From Pseudomonadota bacterium (GTDB taxonomy: Bacteria; Pseudomonadota; Gammaproteobacteria; Burkholderiales; Gallionellaceae), in assembly GCA_021848465.1 (NCBI GenBank), contig JAJZUP010000002.1:348524-412523 (forward strand): DNA of 64,000 nt, written 5' to 3'. The translations under genes and the position numbers were made by a program. Position 1 is the first letter of the stretch. The number at the start of each line of letters is the position of its first letter. A model generated the notes under the pieces. That model ran no database searches. It saw nothing but the letters and a program-made list of their open reading frames with translations, and had not been told where the DNA came from. Positions 9,035 to 17,595 of the stretch are shown here, in pieces.

Positions 9035-9700
9035 TTAGTCTTTATTCAATCTCGCTCCATAATGCCAGCAAATCTTGTCAAACACTCGCTGATGAAACCA
9101 ATCTTTAGAAATTAGTTTTTTTAATTCTTCATCATCGATATTGTTTGCGTAGCTATATTTTTTTACCTCAATGAGTCTATCGCAAGCTGTTTTTATTTCT
9201 TGCTGTTTTTGGCTAAAGGCACTCTGCCAACAATCGTAATAACTCGCATAATTTCTTAAAGTGTTCTGACATTTTTTTTGAAGATATTCCTTCGCATATT
9301 GATCAAAAATCGGAATCCCTCCTTCATGTTCATAGAATTTCAGCCAGAGAAACTTCGATGCCGCAGATAAAGGAATAGAGCGCGTCCCATTGCGCCTATT
9401 CGAACTTATGCTACTAGCAAAATCAGGAACTAACTTTTTTATTTCTCTATTCTGTATATCCACCTTGTTGAGTTCAGATAAAACATTCGAAAATCTAACA
9501 GCCCCTTTTCCGGCGAAATTGCGAGCTACACCATAAGCTGAGGCAAATTTGTGCAATGTGTCTAATTGATCTTGTTTGTTATTGGAACTTAAACCATCCA
9601 CATATTGCTTATCACCCTTTTCCCGAATCCATTCGTTTAAATAATACAAAGCGAAATAATCAAATGACAGCCGACTTTCTTCAGGTTGCTGGATCAACAT
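9035..9700 (-). CDS. Hypothetical soluble protein (221 aa), AT-rich codon usage
   Basis: Clean ORF in a strongly AT-rich segment. The only motif I half-recognise is IPLSAASKFLWLKFYEHEGGIPIFDQY. It resembles the ASK(L/F)L...P(I/V)xD signature of OGG-fold/HhH-like hypothetical proteins, with low certainty. Confidence 0.6.
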   Translation of the reverse strand: MLIQQPEESRLSFDYFALYYLNEWIREKGDKQYVDGLSSNNKQDQLDTLHKFASAYGVARNFAGKGAVRFSNVLSELNKVDIQNREIKKLVPDFASSISSNRRNGTRSIPLSAASKFLWLKFYEHEGGIPIFDQYAKEYLQKKCQNTLRNYASYYDCWQSAFSQKQQEIKTACDRLIEVKKYSYANNIDDEELKKLISKDWFHQRVFDKICWHYGARLNKD

Positions 9701-9943
9701 AAACCACCATCAGCAGTAATATTCCACAAGTCTACCCGATTATGCAGGTTCAGGCCTGTCCTAATCTAATTAGTATCGGCAGCTTTGATTCTCACATCGT
9801 TCGGTTCAGCATGTATTCAGACACACCTATTTCTAGATTGATCAATCAATATTGTTAAATGTAATTTTTTACTCACACATATATAGTTATGAGGAGTGAA
9901 TAGCTCTAGTGATATCCAATCATCTGACTATTAGGAGAGAGAT

Positions 9944-9963
9944 AAAGGGAGGCGCACTTAACC
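9944..9963 (-). other. Candidate oriT nic-region core (MobQ type)
   Basis: The minus strand reads GGTTAAGTGCGCCTCCCTTT. As I recall it, the RSF1010/R1162 oriT nic region reads GGTAAGTGCGCCCTCCC. The site lies 100 nt upstream of the MobA-like relaxase gene. Confidence 0.45.
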
Positions 9964-10065
9964 TTTCTATATTCTCGTCTGTTTTGCCTCATTAGATCAA
10001 TCCATAAATCACATTAGCATGCCTGTCTATACAGGCATCGCCTACTATCGAAACAGGAAATCATC

Positions 10066-10794
10066 ATGGCCAGTTATCACTTAAGCATCAAGAGCGGAAA
10101 AAAAGGAACAGCTGTCGAACATGCAAATTACATTGCACGCGAAGGCAAATTTAGAAAAGGTCAGAAGCGAGAAGACTTATTGGTATTAGCGCATGGAAAT
10201 TTGCCTGAATGGGCTAACAACAATCCTGCAGTCTTGTGGAAAATGGCGGACAAGCATGAGAGAAAGAATGGTGCCGCGTATCGTGAGTTTGAGATGGCTC
10301 TCCCCCATGAGCTCACGCTGGAGCAAAATCTGGAGCTTTTCAATGATTTTATTCGGCATGAAGTTGGGAACAAGCCATATCAATTCGCAATTCATGCACC
10401 TATGGCTTCTCTGGGAAAGGTGGTTCAGACTCATGGCCACCTAATGGTTTCAGATCGAATTCCTGACGATATTATCCGGCTGCCGGAGCAGCATTTCCGC
10501 CGATACAATTCGGCTCATCCTGAGCTAGGTGGATGCAAGAAAGATAGCGGGGGCAAGGATCGTGCTGCTATGCGAGAACACGCGATTTCGATTCGCTCTA
10601 GCTTCGCAGACTATCAAAATAAATACTTGGCTAAATATGGTCACGCCGCAAGAGTAGATCATCGCAGCAATCGAGATCGAGGCTTAACTTCTGAGCCTGA
10701 ACAACATTTGGGTAGTTCTGCTATTAGCAAAATGACATCGGAGGAAAAAGAGCAGTACAAAGCGAAGCGGTCGAGTAAGAACCAGCATTCCTGA
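10066..10794 (+). CDS. mobA: MobA/MobL (MobQ-family) relaxase, relaxase domain only (242 aa)
   Basis: MASYHLSIKSGKKGTAVEHANYIAREGKF...EFEMALPHELTLEQ...HGHLMVSDR...AARVDHRS is colinear with the N-terminal relaxase domain of RSF1010 MobA (MAIYHLTAKTG...ADYIQREGKY...EVEFALPVELT...HCHLMISER...DARIDHRT). The primase or extension domain is absent. Confidence 0.9.
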   Translation: MASYHLSIKSGKKGTAVEHANYIAREGKFRKGQKREDLLVLAHGNLPEWANNNPAVLWKMADKHERKNGAAYREFEMALPHELTLEQNLELFNDFIRHEVGNKPYQFAIHAPMASLGKVVQTHGHLMVSDRIPDDIIRLPEQHFRRYNSAHPELGGCKKDSGGKDRAAMREHAISIRSSFADYQNKYLAKYGHAARVDHRSNRDRGLTSEPEQHLGSSAISKMTSEEKEQYKAKRSSKNQHS

Positions 10795-11031
10795 CTGGCG
10801 GCCAATTACTATTCCTGCGATTATTTGTAGCCCTCTACAGGCCACGTCAGTGCGTGATAGGGACTAACTTAATTGACCAAAGGACTAATTTTTCATGTAC
10901 ATGGGGGGGGGATTTCGCATTTTTTAGTTATCAGCGATCACTCTTTCCAGCCCCGCTGGCATATCAAAGAAATGATAATGATTGCATAACTATTACTGCG
11001 TTTCCCTTCACAAAGCTAATCAGTATGAATA

Positions 11032-11808
11032 TTATAGACTTTCTTCATTTTTTGCGGTATCAGCAGTTGTTGCAGAGTAAGCAGCCTTTATTTCAGCATC
11101 TGAGTTTATCCATCTTCTCAATAAATTGGGCAGCTCCTCGGATTTAAGCTTAATGTCCGGGTTGTCGAATAAATTTTTTTCAAGGTCTTTTGAAATTCCA
11201 TTAATTGCCTCAGTAATATTTCCCCATCCAGATGCAGGGCGTTTTGATTCTAGTAGTTTTTTAACTTCATCTTTAAATGGCCCATATTGGGATGCGGCTT
11301 TCGCATGCCCACCTAATTTGGCTCTCTCTTGAAGTTTGGCAGCATCCATTTCGAGACTGCCTTTTGCAGTCTCAACATATTTCTTGGCGTTTTCAAGATG
11401 CGCCCAAGCCTTTTCTTCACGACCATATTTAAATGCGCTAAATGATTCAATGCAAAAAGCCATGGAAAGGCGGATCGGAGTAAAGAGTCGAGTTTTATTA
11501 TCTCGACTTGCAAAATGAAAGAATGCTTCACTCTCTAATTCCTCAGCACTCATTCCCGTATTCATTTCGTCAAGAACCATTTTTGAAAAATCTTTGAAAT
11601 TCTCGTTGGCAACCACATGATCGTTCGCTTTGGTCTTTCTTCTCGTTCCAACCTTTTTAGCTCCCAAATGATTATGATAATTATCAAAAGCTATTCTTAT
11701 ATCCATATTTAGAGCCTTGATGGCATCAATCAAACTTAATTCACTCCCTGATTTTGCAGTTCCCAACCCTTGATGCTCTTTTTCTGCACATTTATTGGAC
11801 ACATTCAT
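11032..11808 (-). CDS. Hypothetical protein (258 aa), Lys/Glu-rich, predicted helical
   Basis: Long ORF in an AT-rich region with no motif I can assign. The overlapping plus-strand ORFs look like noise. Confidence 0.6.
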   Translation of the reverse strand: MNVSNKCAEKEHQGLGTAKSGSELSLIDAIKALNMDIRIAFDNYHNHLGAKKVGTRRKTKANDHVVANENFKDFSKMVLDEMNTGMSAEELESEAFFHFASRDNKTRLFTPIRLSMAFCIESFSAFKYGREEKAWAHLENAKKYVETAKGSLEMDAAKLQERAKLGGHAKAASQYGPFKDEVKKLLESKRPASGWGNITEAINGISKDLEKNLFDNPDIKLKSEELPNLLRRWINSDAEIKAAYSATTADTAKNEESL

Positions 11809-11988
11809 TGTTCATATCCCTTTCCGTAATCATCGCCGGGAACCCCAAAAACTAATTCTCTTGCCACGTATTGCCGAAAAATACAATACGTCTGCTTTGT
11901 GTAAAAAAATGATTTTAGCAGCCCAAGTTTCACCCGATTCGCAAATCAATAGTATCCACCAGTCAATTCTGACCTAGTGGAGAAGCAT

Positions 11989-12831
11989 ATGAATCATCGT
12001 CGTAGTTTTTTAGCAATATTGGCTATATGTATCACATCAACGGCTATGGCTATGACTGCGGCGGCAGCCATAGATCGAGGCGGCACTACCATAGATCAAG
12101 CTCTTTTAGTGGCGCTTTCGCTAGTCATCTGCGCAGGCACGAATTTTATTCCTGCAATATCAAAGCATCCTCTGGCTTGGTTGATCTGGGGAGGCTGTTT
12201 GTTAGCTACGATTTTTGGACACGTGACCTTCTTTACTCACGCTGAAATGCGTGCGGGAGATGTGCGAGTACAAAGTTCTCATCTTGTGCAGGGGGCTGAA
12301 CATCAGATAAAGGCCGTGAATGACGCTTTAGCATCAATAAAGTCTCGTCCAACTGCGGTTATTGCCGCTGATCTAGCGGTAACTGAAGACAATCGGCTTC
12401 GCCATGCCTTGAGGATAGAACTAGGAGAAGCAAAGCGCGCAGAGGTGCTCCATGACGAACTGCTGCGACTATCCGCGACTGTCACGACTGCAAGTGTAAT
12501 GAACGCGACCGACCCCGTGACTACGTTACTTATGACAGTAATTCGTAGTAATCCTGCCAGTATTTCTCTCGGCATCAGTCTTGGATTTTCCATCTTGCTG
12601 GAATTGCTGGGGGCATTTCTATGGTTTCAGGCATTACAGCGACCAGACGGCGTTACTACTCCTGTCGCTAGCAAGTCACAAACAAATAACCAACTTACAG
12701 ATATCCGCGAAGCAATCGCGTCTGGGAAATGTCTTCCTACGGTAGCAGGCATTCGCAAATATTTATCTTGCGGACAAAGCAACGCAATGAAATTACATCG
12801 CGAATTAAATAATCCACTACAGGAGAATTAA
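11989..12831 (+). CDS. Membrane protein with a possible C-terminal HTH-like segment
   Basis: ATG at 11989 is preceded by GGAG 6 nt upstream. The N-terminus has hydrophobic segments (FLAILAICITSTAMAMTAAAA, LLVALSLVICAGTNFI, LIWGGCLLATIFGHVTFF). A further TM pair lies near residue 200. The C-terminus reads LTDIREAIASGKCLPTVAGIRKYLSCGQSNAMKLHREL. Confidence 0.65.
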   Translation: MNHRRSFLAILAICITSTAMAMTAAAAIDRGGTTIDQALLVALSLVICAGTNFIPAISKHPLAWLIWGGCLLATIFGHVTFFTHAEMRAGDVRVQSSHLVQGAEHQIKAVNDALASIKSRPTAVIAADLAVTEDNRLRHALRIELGEAKRAEVLHDELLRLSATVTTASVMNATDPVTTLLMTVIRSNPASISLGISLGFSILLELLGAFLWFQALQRPDGVTTPVASKSQTNNQLTDIREAIASGKCLPTVAGIRKYLSCGQSNAMKLHRELNNPLQEN

Positions 12832-12834
12832 CAA

Positions 12835-13989
12835 ATGAATAGCAAATCCAGATATGCGCAGGAAGCTCTACTTGCAAACAATGTCGGCTACAGCATAGAC
12901 CGCTTCGGTATGGTGAAATTACATATTACAAGTGAATACGATCTCATAGGGCAAATCAGTAATTGTGAAAAGCTAGTAAAAGATCTGGTCAAAGCGCCGG
13001 GAGATTTAGCTGTCGTTAAGGCAGACAAAATTAGGAGGCGAAAGTACATCCACACTAATCGGCTTGGAAATAATTTTCTTCAAGCCATGAGGTCGCAAGT
13101 CCAAGAAATACGGTTACATTTTGCGAGTCACAAATTCAATCCGTATTTCGAGCTATTTGTTACGCATGTAAAAGCCAGACATCTGGAAGAGGTCGTAAAT
13201 TATCTGAATTTCTTACCGAATGATGAGGAAGTCTATAAGTGGTGTGACATCATCAATAGTTGCGCAAGAAGTATTGTTGATGAAGCCGAAAGCGCAGTAT
13301 TTAAGAAAAAGGTGAATGAATTCCATAATTCAGCCAATAAAAATGAACGTGAATTACGTCAGCACTTTAAAAAGCTTGCAGATGGCTGCGATAGCGTTCC
13401 CCTCGAAGTTTCAAGGTTTGATGTAACTTTCCGCAAGCCAATAGATGTTCCAGCTATCGATATAAGAATGTCATACGAGGATGTAAAAAGCTACTGGGCA
13501 AATTTCATCAAATATTTAAACAAGAATCTTCCATCGGGTTGCTTTATTGGCTATGCATGGCGATTAACCTCAACTCTCGACAGTTCATTTATTTACCACT
13601 TTGTCACATTTGTTCACCCTGAGAAGGTTCCAGACAACGTGATTTTCGACCAGGCAATTAGCATCGCATGGGATGCAGTTACCACCGGCAAAGGATTGGT
13701 TTACGACTGTAGGCGGATTAACGTGCCACTCGATCACCCATCCCCATTCCGTTTTAAATCATGTGGAATCGGCATGACAAATGATCCATTGGTTCGTGAA
13801 GGGCTTGAGTATGCAGCTTTTTACATGACGCAACTCGATTACCACATGAAATACTCCCCGTCAGGAAACGGACGAGCCTTGGGGAAAAGTGTATTGCCCA
13901 CGCTAAAGCAAAGCGAGCCTGATAGACCGAAACCAAAGAAAAAATTGAAGGAGACTGTCACAGGGAGCAATTCGGCATCTTTGATCTAA
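12835..13989 (+). CDS. Island protein of uncertain function; weak resemblance to Inovirus-Gp2-type island or replication-associated proteins
   Basis: 384-codon ORF starting 4 nt after the previous stop. The segment IGYAWRLTSTLDSSFIYHFVTFVHPEK recalls the (Y)xWKLEYG...HYH(l)(l)(f) core of that family. I cannot verify this assignment here. Confidence 0.5.
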   Translation: MNSKSRYAQEALLANNVGYSIDRFGMVKLHITSEYDLIGQISNCEKLVKDLVKAPGDLAVVKADKIRRRKYIHTNRLGNNFLQAMRSQVQEIRLHFASHKFNPYFELFVTHVKARHLEEVVNYLNFLPNDEEVYKWCDIINSCARSIVDEAESAVFKKKVNEFHNSANKNERELRQHFKKLADGCDSVPLEVSRFDVTFRKPIDVPAIDIRMSYEDVKSYWANFIKYLNKNLPSGCFIGYAWRLTSTLDSSFIYHFVTFVHPEKVPDNVIFDQAISIAWDAVTTGKGLVYDCRRINVPLDHPSPFRFKSCGIGMTNDPLVREGLEYAAFYMTQLDYHMKYSPSGNGRALGKSVLPTLKQSEPDRPKPKKKLKETVTGSNSASLI

Positions 13990-14141
13990 TTGAAATATCA
14001 CAGGGGATCAATATCTCTGTGGTTTTCAATAGATGTCGTGTAACAACCTATGCACACCATCTCTCTACAACCGGCAACCGCCTCCTTGAATATGTGCCTG
14101 AAGACGAGGTGCATAGCTACGTCAGCATGGGAGCGATCTGC

Positions 14142-14363
14142 ATGAGCCTATTTCTCACGCCTACCGAAGTGCGAGAACTCACCGGCTTTGCTCTCAAATC
14201 AAAGCAGATTGAGCAGTTGCGCCGCATGGGGATCGCATTTTTTATAAATGGCAGTGGAAGACCAGTCGTCACTGTAGCCGTGGTAGAGGGAAGAAAACAA
14301 GAATCGCAAATATTGCCCACGTGGCACCCCGCAGTATTGCAAGGATCAAGGAAGGAGGCGTAG
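14142..14363 (+). CDS. DUF4224-like small protein (excisionase/accessory position upstream of integrase)
   Basis: MSLFLTPTEVRELTGFALKSKQIEQLRRMGIAFFINGSGRPVV matches the DUF4224 pattern (LTxxEL..LTG....aQi.wLr..Gi.f..n..GrPvV). The stop is 1 nt before the integrase ATG. Confidence 0.7.
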   Translation: MSLFLTPTEVRELTGFALKSKQIEQLRRMGIAFFINGSGRPVVTVAVVEGRKQESQILPTWHPAVLQGSRKEA

Positions 14364-14364
14364 C

Positions 14365-15423
14365 ATGTTCGGTATGGGAAGAAGGCCAAGTGTTAATCTA
14401 AATTTACCTCCACGGATGCGCGCTCGTGTTCAAAAAAGTGGGGTGACCTATTATTACTACGACACAGGTGGAAAGCCGCGCCGTGAGATTCCGCTCGGCA
14501 ATGATTACATTGCGGCTGTTCGCAAGTGGTCTGAATTGGAAGCAGATAACTCTTGCAGCCCGACCAAGTTAATTACCTTCAAGGATGTATCGAATCGCTA
14601 CCTTAAAGAAGTGCTTCCACTAAAAGCGCCTCGAACCCAGAAAGATAATCTGATCGAGCTGGAATGGTTGCTCAAATTTTTTAACGATCCACCAGCTCCA
14701 CTTGAAGCGATTAAGCCTGAAAACATCCGAGCATATCTCGACTGGCGAGGGAAAACGGCAAAGGTTCGAGCTAACCGGGAGAAGGCGTTATTCAGTCATA
14801 TTTGGAATATGGCACGAGCTTGGGGAATTACCGACAAAGCCAATCCCTGTGCAGGGATTAAAGGCTTCACTGAAACTGGCCGCGATATATACGTTGAAGA
14901 TGCAATCCTGAAGGCAGTGTGGAATGCTGCCGATGTGCCATTACGTGATGCCATTGATATGGCCTATCTCACGGGACAACGTCCGTCTGACGTTCTTGGA
15001 ATGCGCGTTACCGATATTAGGGATGGCCTTCTCCAAGTTCAACAGGACAAGACCAACAAGAAATTGCGAATCGAAATTAGCGGTCAGCTTGGACTATTGC
15101 TGAAACGCATCGACGAGAGAAAAAAAACCTACAAGGTACATAGTTTGTCCCTCATTTGCTCAGAGAGTGGCCGCCCGCTGGGGCGAGAGGCTTTGAAGTG
15201 CCGATTTGAAAAAGCGCGCAGTGCAGCGGCCAAGGAGCATCCAGATATTGCTGAAGCTATCAAAGCATTCCAATTTCGTGATCTTCGTGCCAAGGCTGGC
15301 ACAGACAAAGCGGATGCTGAAGGAATGCGGGAAGCCCAAATGCAACTTGGTCATGGCAGCATGAAAATGACTGAGCATTATGTGCGAGGCAGGCTGGGTG
15401 ACAAGGTGACGCCGACAAAATAA
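14365..15423 (+). CDS. int: Tyrosine site-specific recombinase (phage-type integrase)
   Basis: The N-terminal arm-type region reads LPPRMRARVQKSGVTYYYYD. The catalytic region reads AYLTGQRPSDVL...FRDLRAKAGT...LGHGSMKMTEHYVR, giving R...HxxR...Y-type motifs. A strong GGAGG RBS is present. Confidence 0.92.
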   Translation: MFGMGRRPSVNLNLPPRMRARVQKSGVTYYYYDTGGKPRREIPLGNDYIAAVRKWSELEADNSCSPTKLITFKDVSNRYLKEVLPLKAPRTQKDNLIELEWLLKFFNDPPAPLEAIKPENIRAYLDWRGKTAKVRANREKALFSHIWNMARAWGITDKANPCAGIKGFTETGRDIYVEDAILKAVWNAADVPLRDAIDMAYLTGQRPSDVLGMRVTDIRDGLLQVQQDKTNKKLRIEISGQLGLLLKRIDERKKTYKVHSLSLICSESGRPLGREALKCRFEKARSAAAKEHPDIAEAIKAFQFRDLRAKAGTDKADAEGMREAQMQLGHGSMKMTEHYVRGRLGDKVTPTK

Positions 15424-15619
15424 TGCGCGCCCTAACGGCAGGTATTTTGTTTTATCCGATCAAATATACAGCACATTAAACAACCAGTTAAATAACAAAT
15501 ATTGCCCGCACACTTGTCTTCTATAGGCAAAGAAATTAATGCCTAAGTTGGAAGCTAATATCAACAACGTTTTTGATAACAATTGACGCTGAGTGTTGCA
15601 ACTCTATTAGGGAAAGTTT

Positions 15620-17041
15620 ATGCAGGCTTACTGCTCTTGGTGCTACAAGAAAACGAATCACAAGCTAGTCGAACACAATTATTTGCGACGAAATGTTTAC
15701 AAGTGTAGCGGTTGTCAAAATTACACCTTGGAATGCAGAGCTATTGGATGCAATCACCATACTAAAGGGCATCCAAACGATGAACTTTCTAGAACTGCCG
15801 GGTCAGTAATCGATAAATTAAAACACAACTGGCATGCGGAGTTCTGTGCCGAACATGATGGAACTATCGCATCTTTTGATCGACTGAATCAGCATTTAGA
15901 GGATATTAGAAACTTCAATATTTTGTTTGAAAATCGCAAATTCAATATGGTAAAGACAACCACATCCATCGGAACGGCCATCGGTGGCGTAGCTGTATTC
16001 GCAGCAACCGCAGGGACGGCAGCTCCGGCCTTTGCAGCCGCATTAGGGAATGTAGGTCTACTTGGTGCAGCATCCACTGGTACGGCAATTTCAACCCTTA
16101 GCGGAGCCGCGCTGACAAGTGCATCCTTGGCAGCCATTGGTGGTGGTACCGTCGCTTCCGGAGTAATCTTCATTTCTGCAGCAGGGGCTGCCGTGGGGGG
16201 AGTTCTTGGTGGCGTGGTATCGAATCAGTATGTTGGAGCAATCAAGAACTTTGACATCAAGCAATACAACGAGGGAGAGGGAATTTCTGTCATCTTCGTC
16301 AATGGCTTTCTAAATGAAGACAATGACGATCTCGAAGATTGGAGGGCGGGAGCTCGGTTGATGTTTAAGGATAACCCGTGGTATTTAACCACATGGGAAT
16401 CGAAGAAGAAGGCCGATATTGGTTCGCTTGTTGGGGGCAATATGTCCAAGACTGCTCTTAAGGCGTACATGAAAAAACTCGCCAGCCGAGCGACAAAGAA
16501 AGCAGGTAGCAAGATAAGTCCATTGACATGGGCTGCGTTCGCTGCGGATCTTGCTGGTAATGACTGGCATTCAGCCATGAGCAAGGCCGCTATGACGGGA
16601 ATACTGTTAGCAGATATTATTGCTAGAACACCCAGTAAAAAATATATCCTAGTCGGACACTCACTTGGCGCACGAGTTATTTACTACGCTTTAGAGGTTC
16701 TTTCATCACGGACAACCAAACCACAGATTCAAGATGCAATTCTTTTGGGGGGCGCGATTGGCGCGCAAGACGAAGCCGGATGGGCTAGCGCGGCTAAGGC
16801 TGTGTCAGGAAAAATTTACAATTGCCTATCAAGCAAAGACGACGTACTCAACTATGCATATCAAGGTGCAAGTGCTCTTACAAGCATACCAATTGGAGTG
16901 ACACCAATCGCAACAATTAGTCCAAAAATTGAGAATTGGGATTGCTCTGAGTTCATAGATAGTCACATGGCATGGAAACCAAAGTTCGGAGAGGTATTAA
17001 CCGCAATTGACTATAAAATTCAGAAAGGCCGACGTGCTTAA
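15620..17041 (+). CDS. Zn-ribbon plus Gly/Ala-rich membrane segment plus DUF726-like alpha/beta-hydrolase (GxSxG)
   Basis: N-terminal Cys clusters are CSWCYKK...CSGCQNYTLECRAIGC. A ~90-aa Gly/Ala-rich hydrophobic region follows (GTAIGGVAVFAATAGTAAPAFAAALGNVGLLGAAS...). The C-terminal hydrolase core has a nucleophile elbow LVGHSLGARVIYY, then SSKDDVL and DSHMAW. Confidence 0.75.
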   Translation: MQAYCSWCYKKTNHKLVEHNYLRRNVYKCSGCQNYTLECRAIGCNHHTKGHPNDELSRTAGSVIDKLKHNWHAEFCAEHDGTIASFDRLNQHLEDIRNFNILFENRKFNMVKTTTSIGTAIGGVAVFAATAGTAAPAFAAALGNVGLLGAASTGTAISTLSGAALTSASLAAIGGGTVASGVIFISAAGAAVGGVLGGVVSNQYVGAIKNFDIKQYNEGEGISVIFVNGFLNEDNDDLEDWRAGARLMFKDNPWYLTTWESKKKADIGSLVGGNMSKTALKAYMKKLASRATKKAGSKISPLTWAAFAADLAGNDWHSAMSKAAMTGILLADIIARTPSKKYILVGHSLGARVIYYALEVLSSRTTKPQIQDAILLGGAIGAQDEAGWASAAKAVSGKIYNCLSSKDDVLNYAYQGASALTSIPIGVTPIATISPKIENWDCSEFIDSHMAWKPKFGEVLTAIDYKIQKGRRA

Positions 17042-17277
17042 GAGTCTGTGGCAATTCAACATATTTTCAACTCAATAATAACGTTGTCGCTAAACTAGAT
17101 TCGTCTCTCGTAAGAACCATAATTGCTGGCTTTCCCAATGCTCCAAATTGGCAATCAATGCGCTGTTTAGAATTGGTACATTCACCTCGTGCGAACAAGC
17201 GTAATACTGTGATGTGTTGATGCCGCAATCTGGTTTCTCAGATTATCAAGAGCAGTGGCGTAAACACCCAGAGTGGA

Positions 17278-17294
17278 GTAGGATTGAATCCTAC
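17278..17294. promoter_or_regulatory. Palindrome GTAGGATTGAATCCTAC upstream of parD (candidate ParD operator)
   Basis: 6-bp arms GTAGGA/TCCTAC sit 23 nt upstream of the parD ATG. ParD-type RHH antitoxins typically autoregulate through such palindromes. Confidence 0.3.
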
Positions 17295-17316
17295 CATTGT
17301 ATTTATGGAGATTTTT

Positions 17317-17595
17317 ATGCGCACGACTCAACAATTCAGCATCACTTTGCCAAATGAGATGGCGAATGCGGTGAAATCAAAAGTCGAAGCTGGCGAGTAT
17401 GCCACTGAGAGCGAAGTTATCCGGGATGGCCTTCGCGCTCTTATGGCTCGTGACAGGGCTGTAGAATCTTGGCTTCATGAACAAGTTGGCCCTGCATTCG
17501 ATCGAATTCAATCTGACCCTTCGCGTGCCATCACAGCCAATCAAATGCGAGCAAGACTTGCTGCTGAGCACAAAACGACTACAACCAAAGCATGA
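17317..17595 (+). CDS. parD: ParD-family (RHH/CopG-like) antitoxin
   Basis: MRTTQQFSITLPNEMANAVKSKVEAGEYATESEVIRDGLRALMARD is a typical ParD N-terminus. GGAG lies 6 nt upstream. The gene overlaps the toxin gene in a 4-nt ATGA. Confidence 0.85.
   Translation: MRTTQQFSITLPNEMANAVKSKVEAGEYATESEVIRDGLRALMARDRAVESWLHEQVGPAFDRIQSDPSRAITANQMRARLAAEHKTTTTKA

Noticed and set aside
10854-11147. 97-aa plus-strand ORF downstream of mobA
   Set aside because: It crosses the G9 tract and overlaps the 3' end of the better-supported 258-aa minus-strand gene. It has no RBS.
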